Source: an uncultured Myxococcales bacterium (GTDB lineage Bacteria; Myxococcota_A; UBA9160; UBA4427). From it: a stretch of DNA of 64,000 nt. Below are positions 9,789-19,113 of this stretch, in pieces. Every line of letters begins with the position of its first letter. The stretch's first letter is position 1. The notes beneath the pieces were generated by a model. It made no database searches. It saw nothing but the letters and a program-made list of their open reading frames with translations, and was not told the origin of the DNA. A program made the translations under genes and the position numbers. The stretch is taken from the NCBI GenBank assembly GCA_965603475.1, contig CBFDDD010000013.1:2687-66686 (forward strand), in the 5' to 3' direction.

Positions 9789-11299
9789 ATTCGGGAGCAG
9801 GACGCGTCTATCGAAGCGGCGATTGGCGGGCACCGTGGCTCGGCGCGCGGGCCGCCACCTCCCCGGAAGCGGTCGCACTCGTGTTCGAAGGTCGCAGCTT
9901 CGACTACGCCGAACTCGCCACCCGCGTCGACGCCGTCGCGCAAGTCTTCTCGGATGCGGGCGTCGGACGCGGCGATGTCGTGGCGGTTCAACTCGGCAAC
10001 GGACTCCCGATGGTCGAAGTCGTACACGCGGGATTCGTTGCGGATTTCGTGGTCCAGCTCGTCAACACGCGGTTGACCGCTTCGGAAATCGAGTTCCAGC
10101 TCCGCGACAGTGGGGCACGCTGGTTCGTGCATCTCGTCGGCGACCGGGACTGCGAAACGGTCGATCTCGAGCCGGGAGTCGAACGCCTGCGCGTTCGCGA
10201 TCGCCATTCGGCCGCATCGATCTCGGAGAAGACGACGCGTGGCAATCCTGATTTGGCGCCCGGGACCAAGCAGATCGACCTCGAATCCCCCCGCTTCATT
10301 CTCTACACATCGGGTACAACAGGTCAGCCGAAAGGCGTTGCGCTCACCGGCGCAAACCTACTGGCGAGTGCCGACGGCTCCGCGGCGTTGCTCGGCGCCG
10401 ACCCAGGGGATCGCTGGCTCGTCTGCCTTCCGATCTTCCACATCGGAGGCTTGTCGATCCTGCTGCGCAGCGTGCTTGCGGGTTCGGCGGTCGTACTCCA
10501 TGAGCGTTTCGACCCCGAGGCCGTCGATCGGGACCTCGAACGCGAGCGAATCACTGGAATCTCGCTCGTCGCAAACATGCTCGCGCGTGTGCTCGAAGTT
10601 CGTGATCGCGGGACCAAGCCTCAGCATCTCGCGTGTGTCCTGGTGGGTGGCGGACCGGTGCCCATTCCGCTGCGTGAAGCGGCGGTCCATGCAGGCTTTC
10701 CGGTTGCCGCGACCTACGGCCTCACCGAAGCGGCGTCACAGGTCGCGACCCGTCCGCCTGGTATGTCTGACGACCGAGGACTCGTGCCCCTGCCGGGAAC
10801 GGAGGTTCAGATCATTGACGAAACGGGGCGCGTACTCGCGGCCGACGAGACCGGCGAAATCTGCGTGCGCGGTGATTCGGTGATGGACGGATATTGGCAG
10901 CGTCCGGATGCCACTCGCGACGTACTGTCCGACGGCTGGCTCCGCACCGGTGACGTCGGCGCAATCGATCGCGAGGGCGGGTTGCATGTATTCGATCGGC
11001 GCAGCGATCTCATCGTGTCCGGAGGCGAGAACATATACCCCGCTGAAATCGAAGCGGTTCTCCTCTCTCATCCCGCTATCGCCGAAGCGGGTATCGGGGG
11101 CCGGGAGGACGAAATCTATGGAGCGCGCCCCGTCGCTTGGCTGGTGTGCGGCGAAGGCCAGACACCGACGGCCGAAGAACTGAGGGCATTCTGTAGGGCG
11201 CGACTTGCGGCCTACAAATGTCCAGCCGACTACCGATTCGTCGAAGCCCTGCCTCGCAACGCCACCGGCAAGCTCGTTCGCCGTCGACTCGGCGACTGA
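9785..11299 (+). CDS. menE: o-succinylbenzoate-CoA ligase (ANL adenylating enzyme)
   Basis: AMP-binding motif LYTSGTTGQPKGV, then GDVGAIDREG and SGGENIYPAEIE. GTG 9785 forms a GTGA overlap with the menC stop. The track start is GTG 9752. Confidence 0.85.
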   Translation: MNSGAGRVYRSGDWRAPWLGARAATSPEAVALVFEGRSFDYAELATRVDAVAQVFSDAGVGRGDVVAVQLGNGLPMVEVVHAGFVADFVVQLVNTRLTASEIEFQLRDSGARWFVHLVGDRDCETVDLEPGVERLRVRDRHSAASISEKTTRGNPDLAPGTKQIDLESPRFILYTSGTTGQPKGVALTGANLLASADGSAALLGADPGDRWLVCLPIFHIGGLSILLRSVLAGSAVVLHERFDPEAVDRDLERERITGISLVANMLARVLEVRDRGTKPQHLACVLVGGGPVPIPLREAAVHAGFPVAATYGLTEAASQVATRPPGMSDDRGLVPLPGTEVQIIDETGRVLAADETGEICVRGDSVMDGYWQRPDATRDVLSDGWLRTGDVGAIDREGGLHVFDRRSDLIVSGGENIYPAEIEAVLLSHPAIAEAGIGGREDEIYGARPVAWLVCGEGQTPTAEELRAFCRARLAAYKCPADYRFVEALPRNATGKLVRRRLGD

Positions 11300-11343
11300 A
11301 CCCAACCATTCAGCACGACAGTCTGAAACGCGGCCTCTTCTGC

Positions 11344-11736
11344 CTATCCGCTTCCAGCTTTTGATCCGTCATAGGATTTCAGGAGTTCATACCAACCAGA
11401 ACCGTTTATCTTGATAGGCAGTTGGCCGGCCCTTTTCATCGTTTCCATGTGATGCCGGCGACCTTCCCAGGCGTCCGGGTCGGCCTGCCATTCGTTGAGC
11501 GCCCGCTCGGCTTCTTCGTAGCTTTCCGCCTCGACCTCGTAGACCGACAGGTAGTTCGAAACAGTCTCCCCATCGAGATGCGGTCCGGAAAGCTTGTAGA
11601 CACTGCCTTTGATGAAATTGGGACACTTGGTTGTGTCTTCGATGTGCTGATCGATAAACCACTCATCGAAAATCGCCTGGTCGTCGGTGCTTGTCGGCTC
11701 ACAGAGCCCTATCAATACGTACCGTGCCATGACCAT
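11344..11736 (-). CDS. hypothetical small cytoplasmic protein
   Basis: 130-aa ORF (MVMARYVLIGLCEPTSTDDQAIFDEWFIDQH...). Its composition looks like coding sequence and the overlapping frames are Arg-rich shadows. I did not recognise a family. Confidence 0.5.
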   Translation of the reverse strand: MVMARYVLIGLCEPTSTDDQAIFDEWFIDQHIEDTTKCPNFIKGSVYKLSGPHLDGETVSNYLSVYEVEAESYEEAERALNEWQADPDAWEGRRHHMETMKRAGQLPIKINGSGWYELLKSYDGSKAGSG

Positions 11737-12028
11737 CCCTTCTCTTTCTCGTTTCGGGTTCTCGGTGCGGGACAGGCCTGTCGGACGTGACGAGGCAAGA
11801 CCGCAGGCTTGTGGCCACTCTCAGGGCGGAATTCTCCGTCCTCATCGAGCTTATTCAACGTCTCAGGGTAAGAGGAATGCGCAGGCGACGCCACGATCCA
11901 CCCACCCGTTCTGTCGGTTTGTTATGTGACGCCCGAACCCGGCCTCCCTGGCGTCCGGATGGGGCAATCCCCTGTTTGTCGATCGGCTCCACCTCGCGTA
12001 GACTCACCGTCAACACACGGGAGGAAGT

Positions 12029-12589
12029 ATGCCGAGAATCAGCGAGGCGGGAGGAGTCGAGGGATTTGCAGGGGTCTACCTCCACTGTCCGAATCTCTTC
12101 AAGGGCTTCATGTTCAACTACGGGCTGTTGTGGTCCCACAGCAAGCTCGACCCCATTCTCAAGGACTTGATCCGACTGAAGTCCTCGAATCTGAACGGCT
12201 GCCGGTATTGAATACCTGCTCGATCCGCTGCGGCGCAGCGGAATGGCATGAATGAAGACATGGTCGCGAAGATGCTGGACCACCGAAGCTCCGACCTCGA
12301 CGAACGCACGAAGGTAGCCCTCGATTTGACCGAGGATTTCGTGATGAACCACGCTCATGGAATCGATGACGCGTTCATGAAACGATTGCGCGAGCACTTC
12401 ACAGAGGAGCAGGTCGTCGAGCTGACGATCGCTGTTGGAATCTGGGACTCGATCCACAAGTTCAACAACGTCTTCGACGTCGATCCACCCGTCTCGGACG
12501 GCCAGTTCACGGTCGAGCCCCCGGACGTCCCGCCCGACATGCGACAACACGTCCTCGGGGCCAAGCCGGTGGAGGAGGTAGGGGAGTAG
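12029..12589 (+). CDS. AhpD-like / carboxymuconolactone decarboxylase (CMD) family protein with in-frame UGA, predicted selenoprotein (CxxU)
   Basis: Track ORFs 12029..12211 and 12248..12589 are in the same frame and are separated only by TGA 12209-12211. Read-through gives ...LIRLKSSNLNGCRY[U]IPARSAAAQRNGMNEDMVAKML..., so the TGA falls on the second Cys of the CMD CxxC. The family consensus continues straight across it. RBS GGGAGGAAG lies at 12018-12026. Confidence 0.75.
12224..12242 (+). promoter_or_regulatory. SECIS-like hairpin downstream of UGA 12209
   Basis: TCCGCTGC-GGC-GCAGCGGA forms a perfect 8-bp stem starting 12 nt after the UGA, with a G-rich apex. Confidence 0.55.
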
Positions 12590-12694
12590 CCTACTCGCCT
12601 GAACTCGTTCCCAGTTCTCGATCACAGGAAATCCGTCGCCACCGCACCGAGTACGCTCGGAAAGATCAGCGACACGATTCAGCGGCGTCTCGTC

Positions 12695-13630
12695 CTACTG
12701 CCCGAAAGCAACGATCTCGGCTGCGATCTCGCGGGCGTGGGTCACCGGGAGCATGTGACTGGCACCCGGGTATTCGACGAGTTTGGCATCGGGAATACGA
12801 GCCGCGAGATATCTCGAAACGCCGACGGGGACCAGGCGATCATCATCGCCATGCAGAAGGAGCGTAGGCACGGCAATTCGCGAGGGATCGAAATTCATCA
12901 CACTTTCGGAGCTCATCCCCAGCATCTCTTCGCGATAAGTGACGAGCGTTTCCCAGCGGCTGAAGTTCGCGCGCACGCCATCGAGCCACCAATCGGGCTG
13001 AGGCCCTTCGCTGAAGGCGGCGTCGGAGAGCACCTTCATGAGCGCCACGCTCAGCGGAGGAATCGCGGTCCGCCACCTCAACACGGCGTCGGAGTAGAAG
13101 AACCGCAGCATCGCCGACGGCTCGGGGGGCGCTGCTTCGTCTGAGTCGGGACCACCCGTGCCGACCAGAATCAGTCGCCGGATCCGATCGGGCTGTTCCA
13201 TGACCGCCGTCATGGCGGTCGGACCGCCGTAGGACCAGCCGACGACCGTGGCGTCGCGCAGATCCATCGCTTCCAGGAGTCCGATGAGTTCGGCGGCATT
13301 GCCTTCTGGAGTGTAGGCGCCCGTCTTCCGAGCATCGGAGCGTCCGTAGCCTACTCGATCGTATGCGATCGCCCGCATCCCCAGCGCGTTCAACGCAGCC
13401 TGCGTTTCACGCCATTCGTAGCCGGTGCCGGGGAGCCCGTGAACCATGACGACCGGCGCACCCTGGCCGGAGTCCAGAACATTCAAGCCCGTCCCGTCAC
13501 TCAACACGACGCGCTTCCCGGCGGGCGGAAGCATCGGTGGCGCATCCGCAGGGAAGATCGCAAACCACAGCGGCGGAATTGCGATCGCCACGATCAGCAC
13601 GCCAGAGATGATCAAGAGTACGCGCCTCAT
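12695..13630 (-). CDS. alpha/beta hydrolase with N-terminal membrane anchor
   Basis: MRRVLLIISGVLIVAIAIPPLWF anchor, then VVMVHGLPGTGYEW, the GWSYGG nucleophile elbow and a C-terminal GASHM. Confidence 0.85.
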   Translation of the reverse strand: MRRVLLIISGVLIVAIAIPPLWFAIFPADAPPMLPPAGKRVVLSDGTGLNVLDSGQGAPVVMVHGLPGTGYEWRETQAALNALGMRAIAYDRVGYGRSDARKTGAYTPEGNAAELIGLLEAMDLRDATVVGWSYGGPTAMTAVMEQPDRIRRLILVGTGGPDSDEAAPPEPSAMLRFFYSDAVLRWRTAIPPLSVALMKVLSDAAFSEGPQPDWWLDGVRANFSRWETLVTYREEMLGMSSESVMNFDPSRIAVPTLLLHGDDDRLVPVGVSRYLAARIPDAKLVEYPGASHMLPVTHAREIAAEIVAFGQ

Positions 13631-13823
13631 GTTCGGAAACCTATCACCCGGAGCGCGGAAATTCGAGGGACCGATTCGAAAAGCGATTCAGCAGCGTGAC
13701 ATTGAATGGAGGAAATGTCCACTTCCGCGTTCCGCGTGAGCGCTCGTTCAGTCTTTTCGAAGCGCCGAAGCGCCGAAGCGCGAAGGCACGATCTGGAAGC
13801 GTCCCGACCACTTCCTGCGCAAG

Positions 13824-14285
13824 ATGTCGGGCGTCCCGCTCGGCGTCGCCGCCGATGCACTCGACACGGCCCGCAACATCCTCGAGGACAAGACCGATCG
13901 CGTGGTCGGCCTGCCCTACAGTCAGATGCCCCGGGTCCAGTCAGCCATTGCCGAGGCCCAGGCGATGCTCGGCTCGACCCGCAGCTACGTATTCACTTCG
14001 CTCGAGAATCAGTGGGCCAAGCTGGAGCGAGGAGAAGACCTCACCACCGAGGACCGGGCCAACGCCTGGCTCTCCGGCACGAACGCCTTCCAGACCGGAC
14101 GCAAGGTCGCGTCACTGCTCTACGACGTGATCGGCGGCAGTGCGATCTACAGCAAGAAGAGCCCCTTCGACCGGCACCTGCGCGACATGCAGACCGCGCG
14201 TCAGCATATGGTCGCACAGACGAAGGGCTGGGAAGGCGTGGGGTCCATGCTGCTCGATGGTGAGAGCGATCATCCGCTGATGTGA
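13824..14285 (+). pseudogene. C-terminal domain fragment of an acyl-CoA dehydrogenase type-2 / flavin monooxygenase family protein
   Basis: 153 aa (GVAADALDTARNILEDK...FDRHLRDMQTARQHM) matches only the C-terminal helical domain of proteins that are about 390 aa long. In frame upstream, a TGA at 13737 is reached after non-homologous sequence. Confidence 0.6.
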
Positions 14286-14300
14286 GTTCGCCATACCCGA

Positions 14301-15653
14301 TCAGGCATTCCGGTTGGCGACAGCCTCGTTCCGCTCCTCGATTTGTGCGCGAATCTCACGATGACGGGCTGCCGTGATCGGGTACTTCCACACGATCGCG
14401 GCCCCGATCAGGAAGAACAGCGATGGAAAGGTCGAGAAGAGGAAGCGCAGGCCGAAGAGTTCCTCGGCACTGTTGGCATCGCCGAGCTTGGCGTCGTAGC
14501 CGAACAGACTGAGGCCGTACATCGCGATCCCCGCACCTACGGTTGCCGTAGCCTTTTGAGCGAAGGACCAGGCGGCGAAGAAGAGGCCCGCGCGATTCTC
14601 GCCGCTCTCGAGCGCATCGAGATCGATGACGTCGGCCTTCATCGAGTTCGGCAAGGCCTGGGAAAAACCGCCCGCGGCGAAGCCGGTCGCGACCGTAATC
14701 GGCAGCATCCACCAGAAGTCACCCTTGCCTAACAAGAGATAGAAGGGGTGGGCGAACGCGAGCAGGAAGAAGGCGCAGATGTACGCGCGATGCTTCCCGA
14801 TCCGGCCCGAGAGCCAGACCCAGATCGGCACCGAGAACAGGCTCGTGAGATAGAAGAAGCTCAGCATATAGATCGTCTGGTCCTCGGAACCGAGTACGTC
14901 GGCGACAAAGAACGCGTAGAGCGGCGTCGTGATATTGAGACCGATCGAACCGATCATGAACGCGAGCACGAGTTGCAAAAACGGCTTGTTGCCGACCATG
15001 AGCTTGAGTCCGGCCATGGTCGGAACTTGCGACTGGATCTCGACTTCGGGCTCGGGTGTTCGCCAGACCGTGATCGCAACGCAGAGCGGCATCAACACGA
15101 GCATGGTCATTCCGACGGAGGTCAGGACGAAGTCGGTCCCGCCGAGCCCGAAGGCCAACAGCCCAACCGCCGGAACGGCCTGTGCCGTGAAGCTTCCGAT
15201 GACGTTGAACATGGCGCGCGCACCGGTCACACGCGAGCGCTCGTGATAGTCGGCGCTCAGCTCTGCCCCCCATGCGTAGTAGGGGATGATGATCATGGTT
15301 GTGCCGATCGAGAGCACCATGCCCCAGATGAGGAGATGCCAACCTCCCGCACCTTCCGGCGGCATGAATAGCTGATAGACCGCGAGCATGAGGATCGGGG
15401 CGGATGCAGCGACCCACGGACGCCGGCGACCGAATCGCGAACGCGTCCGATCGCTGACGATGCCCATCAGCGGATCGGTGACGACATCGAACAGGCGCTG
15501 GGCGATCAGGATCGTGCCCACCCACGCGAGAGGCACCCCGAGATCCGCCGAGTAGAAGCGCGGAATGAAGACGATCACCGGGAACATCGACATCGCGACC
15601 GGCATGTCCGCCAGCGAGTAGGAAAACAGCGTCGCTTTCGAGAGCTTCGGCAA
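14301..15653 (-). CDS. MFS transporter, glycoside-pentoside-hexuronide (MelB-like) type
   Basis: 450 aa and about 12 TM segments. Motif DVVTDPLMGIVSDRTRSRFGRRRPW. Confidence 0.85.
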   Translation of the reverse strand: MPKLSKATLFSYSLADMPVAMSMFPVIVFIPRFYSADLGVPLAWVGTILIAQRLFDVVTDPLMGIVSDRTRSRFGRRRPWVAASAPILMLAVYQLFMPPEGAGGWHLLIWGMVLSIGTTMIIIPYYAWGAELSADYHERSRVTGARAMFNVIGSFTAQAVPAVGLLAFGLGGTDFVLTSVGMTMLVLMPLCVAITVWRTPEPEVEIQSQVPTMAGLKLMVGNKPFLQLVLAFMIGSIGLNITTPLYAFFVADVLGSEDQTIYMLSFFYLTSLFSVPIWVWLSGRIGKHRAYICAFFLLAFAHPFYLLLGKGDFWWMLPITVATGFAAGGFSQALPNSMKADVIDLDALESGENRAGLFFAAWSFAQKATATVGAGIAMYGLSLFGYDAKLGDANSAEELFGLRFLFSTFPSLFFLIGAAIVWKYPITAARHREIRAQIEERNEAVANRNA

Positions 15654-15909
15654 GTCGCGCCTCTGTGTCCGGGGTGGAGCGGGTTAGACGATGACAGCGT
15701 TCTTCAGCGAGATGACGGCCCCCTACGGCTCGACCGGCCGCCTAAGAATATCGCGGGTGAGCGCGATCGCTTGCTCGGTTTTCCCTGCTCGCCGGAACGA
15801 AATCGCTGGTCCTGCGTTCAGGGAATTGGTCTCTACGACTCCAGCTCGGTGACCCTGGTTTCGATGTTCCCCAGGTTTGACGAAGCATCTGTTTTGATAG
15901 AGTCGCGCG

Positions 15910-16794
15910 ATGCCGCGCAGCCCCGCGAGTCGAAAGCGAACGCGAAGGCCGCCTCGGCGCCGTACTCGGCGTACTCGTTGGTCCCGTTTCCACCCGAGCA
16001 AGCTTCGAAAAAAGCTCCCGAGCAAGCGAACACGGCGGCGGTGGTGGCGCGCCTGGCGGGGTTTGCCGAGGGGCGTTCAATGGCCGATCGGAGCGGCCGC
16101 GGTCGTCGTCCTCTTCCTTGCGTTGAATGGCGTCTACCAGATCGTTCGCAAGCCGACCGAGCTCTTCTTCCCCGTCAGCGAGGTGCTTCAAAAGTCGCCT
16201 GCGGAAACATGGCGCGCCTATGCGCCGCTCTTCCGGCGCCATGCGACCGACGTGATCACCCCGGACCTGCTCGCTGCGCTCGCGCAGGTGGAGGGGGCCG
16301 GCAATCCGATCGCGCGGACGTATTGGCGTTGGTCTTTCGACTTCAACCCCTTCAACGTCTACCAGCCGGCCTCGAGTTCCGTCGGCATGTACCAGATCAG
16401 CGACGGGACCTTCGAGCAAGCCCGTCGCTTCTGCATCCATGACCACCAGGTCGTCGCGAGCGGCCCCTGGAACAACTGGCGGTCGTGTTGGTTCAATGTC
16501 CTTTATACCCGCGTGATTCCCTCCCATGCAATCGAGCTCACCGCCGCCCACCTCGATCGTAGTGTCGAGCAAGCCTTCAAGCGACACCCGGTCCCGAATG
16601 CGACGCTGCGGGACAAGCAGGAGCTGGCCGCGTTGGTTCATCTCTGTGGAGCCGGTGCCGGGCGTGCACATGCGCGGCGCGGTCTCGCGCTCAGGCCGGA
16701 CCAGCGTTGCGGCACGCATGACGTCCGGCGCTATCTCGCGAAGGTCGCCACTCAACAGGCACGTTTTCGGGCGCTGGCAGCCGCGGCGGGGTAA
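15910..16794 (+). CDS. lytic transglycosylase (SLT) domain protein, membrane anchored
   Basis: LLAALAQVEGAGNP...SSSVGMYQISDGTF resembles the SLT catalytic Glu and GLMQ blocks. The start is uncertain. The Arg-rich first 50 aa may be spurious, and TTG 16063 would give MPRGVQWPIGAAAVVVLFLAL. Confidence 0.65.
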   Translation: MPRSPASRKRTRRPPRRRTRRTRWSRFHPSKLRKKLPSKRTRRRWWRAWRGLPRGVQWPIGAAAVVVLFLALNGVYQIVRKPTELFFPVSEVLQKSPAETWRAYAPLFRRHATDVITPDLLAALAQVEGAGNPIARTYWRWSFDFNPFNVYQPASSSVGMYQISDGTFEQARRFCIHDHQVVASGPWNNWRSCWFNVLYTRVIPSHAIELTAAHLDRSVEQAFKRHPVPNATLRDKQELAALVHLCGAGAGRAHARRGLALRPDQRCGTHDVRRYLAKVATQQARFRALAAAAG

Positions 16795-16888
16795 TGAAAC
16801 AGCTACGCAAGAGCGCCGGTGTGGCTGAGCGACCGCACTGTCTGGTAGAATGGAAACCGTCTCGCTATAGCATCACTCAGCCTGATCC

Positions 16889-17554
16889 ATGAAAAAGCTA
16901 CTCACCCGAATACTGATCGGCTTCGTCGTGTTCGCCCTGCTGGCATTCTGGGCGCTCTTTTTCTCGCCCCGCCCACCGCTGACCACGGATCCCGCCACCC
17001 TCGCCGGTGACGGCAGTCTGGTGAACTACTGCGAGCTACCGGTGCTGGATGGATCGGGCTTGATGGCAGCGGACATCCCCAAAGGCAATACCCCGGGATG
17101 TGGCTACAAACACTTTCCGCTGCCGATACTGGCGCTCTGCACGGAACCACTCGTCGACGGTGCGGATGACATTCGCGGCCTGTGGCAGGAAGTGGGTGGG
17201 GGTCATGTCGAGCGTATCGAGCAGTGCGGCAGCCGCGTGGTGGTGACCTCGAGCGACATCATCCATGATTCGGGTCCCAACAGTACGCTCGGCGAAACCA
17301 CCAACGACACCGAAGGCGTGCTGTTCCGGATCGGGGGTAAACCGTTCTGCCCCCGCACGTCCGCCGCTATGGTCTGGAAGGACGGCGTGCTGGACTTTCA
17401 TGTCTTCGGATTCGGTCCCGTGGTGGTGAAGCGCTACCGCGAGGGTGAGCAGCTGGTGTGGGAATATCTGAACGGCAGCGTTACCCGTATGAACCGCATC
17501 TGCACGCTGCCGCCGGACAAAAAGTACCCCGAACGCGCACGGGTCACGGACTGA
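16889..17554 (+). CDS. hypothetical exported or membrane-anchored protein
   Basis: N-terminus MKKLLTRILIGFVVFALLAFWALFF. The ORF is clean but I did not recognise a family. Confidence 0.6.
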   Translation: MKKLLTRILIGFVVFALLAFWALFFSPRPPLTTDPATLAGDGSLVNYCELPVLDGSGLMAADIPKGNTPGCGYKHFPLPILALCTEPLVDGADDIRGLWQEVGGGHVERIEQCGSRVVVTSSDIIHDSGPNSTLGETTNDTEGVLFRIGGKPFCPRTSAAMVWKDGVLDFHVFGFGPVVVKRYREGEQLVWEYLNGSVTRMNRICTLPPDKKYPERARVTD

Positions 17555-17573
17555 TCGGCGCGACTAGCCAAAA

Positions 17574-17599
17574 CAGGCAGCTCTACATTGAGCAGCCTG
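17574..17599. terminator. hairpin between convergent genes, possible bidirectional terminator
   Basis: CAGGCAGCTC-tacatt-GAGCAGCCTG pairs at 9 of 10 positions. There is no clear T-tract. Confidence 0.35.
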
Positions 17600-17634
17600 G
17601 CCCATGTTCGTCGACCGGAAATCAATCAGCCAGA

Positions 17635-18753
17635 TTAGAGCCAGACCTCGAGATTGTTGTCTCGTCCAATCTGCCTCGAGAGCTTGAGATCGAGTAGCTC
17701 GGTCATGCCGCAAGCCGCCATCATCGCGGCGGCATCCTTCCGATCCTGCTGGCCCAGTGATTCGAATTCATCCTGCACGCGCTTGAGCAAGTAAAAGCGG
17801 AAGGGTTGCGCCAACGCGTTCACCGTGACGCCTCTCAGGTCGAAGGGACAGAGGCCAACCCCGCGAACGACTTCCGTTCCAGGCGCCAGCTCGCCTTGCT
17901 GATCAATCCATTCGTTGATGCAAACCGACGCAGCACGAGTCTCCGGCACGAAATCGATGGCGATGTGCTTCAGCACATCGATCAGGGACTCGGGAATCTC
18001 ATCACCGGCGAGATACGTCCCATCCTGCACAGCGAACTCGCCCACATCGAGCTCTGGTCGATTCATGCGCTCGACCCATCTGAAGAGCCGGACCGCATGT
18101 GCCTGCATCAGCGAGAGCGGCTTCGGGTCCCGACCCAGGTGGCCGTACAAGGGCGCGATCATGCCAAAATCGCCGATACAAGGCTTGCCGCCCAGGAGAT
18201 ACGGCTGACTAGCGAAATGCGCGTTCAGCTTCTCCAGCAATTCGAGGTAGAGGACTTCTACCACCTCAAACGTGTCCGGCACGGCACCGAAGCCCATACA
18301 GGCGGCTCGCATACGGTCCGCAGCTGCGTCCGCCTTCTGTTCCCGATCGGGACCATCCGGCATCACGGACTGAAAGTGGAATCTCAGAAAGTCGAGGTTC
18401 TGCTCCGGGAAGTTCCACCGATAGTGCATCGCCGGACGCAGTAGTCCCTCAGCGCCAATGACGTCAAAAAGCCTGCTGAGGATCTTCTGCTTTGGTGAGG
18501 TGGGAGAAAATGACTGCCCGCTCTCCTCTTCGAAGTGGTCGACAATGGCCACACCGTCCCGGATCACCCTGCCATCCGCCAGCTCGACCGTTGGCATGCT
18601 CTGTCGTCCGCCCGTCATAGGCGCCACGTTCTCCAGGTAGTGGCGGGTGGTGGGTGTCGTTTCTCGGTACGCAAGCCCCGCTTTGATCAGATAGCTACGG
18701 GCTCTACCTGTGTAGAGGGATAGCGGCGTTCCGTATAGCGTCGTGTTAGTCAT
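17635..18753 (-). CDS. glutathione S-transferase family protein (extended)
   Basis: Thioredoxin-like N-terminal domain LYGTPLSLYTGRARSYLIKAGLAY...MPTVELADGRVIRDGVAIVDHFEE, followed by a helical C-terminal domain. Confidence 0.7.
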   Translation of the reverse strand: MTNTTLYGTPLSLYTGRARSYLIKAGLAYRETTPTTRHYLENVAPMTGGRQSMPTVELADGRVIRDGVAIVDHFEEESGQSFSPTSPKQKILSRLFDVIGAEGLLRPAMHYRWNFPEQNLDFLRFHFQSVMPDGPDREQKADAAADRMRAACMGFGAVPDTFEVVEVLYLELLEKLNAHFASQPYLLGGKPCIGDFGMIAPLYGHLGRDPKPLSLMQAHAVRLFRWVERMNRPELDVGEFAVQDGTYLAGDEIPESLIDVLKHIAIDFVPETRAASVCINEWIDQQGELAPGTEVVRGVGLCPFDLRGVTVNALAQPFRFYLLKRVQDEFESLGQQDRKDAAAMMAACGMTELLDLKLSRQIGRDNNLEVWL

Positions 18754-19113
18754 CGGGTTTCCCTACTTCGTCTGCAAAGAGCATCCGTATAGTCGCTGCC
18801 TGATCCGGCAAGCGGCGGCAGAAGGATAAACGATCTCGATCAGGAAACGAGGAGCGGCATCGACAATCCAGCCGGTTCCTCATGCATTGCTCGCGTTCGG
18901 AATCGTGGGTGCGCCGGGTCGTCGCGACCGATCAGGGCCCGAAACAACGCGGACCCGCCTCGTTCAGAGCCCATTCAGCAAATCGGAATCGCGACCTGGC
19001 GGCCCGGCGCTGGGCTAGGGGAGGCAGCCGCGCAGCATTTCCGCCGGCCTGCGCAACGGTGATGATCGTTCTACTGTTTCGGTGCGCAATCAGCGGCAAC
19101 CGGGAGAGGCCCC

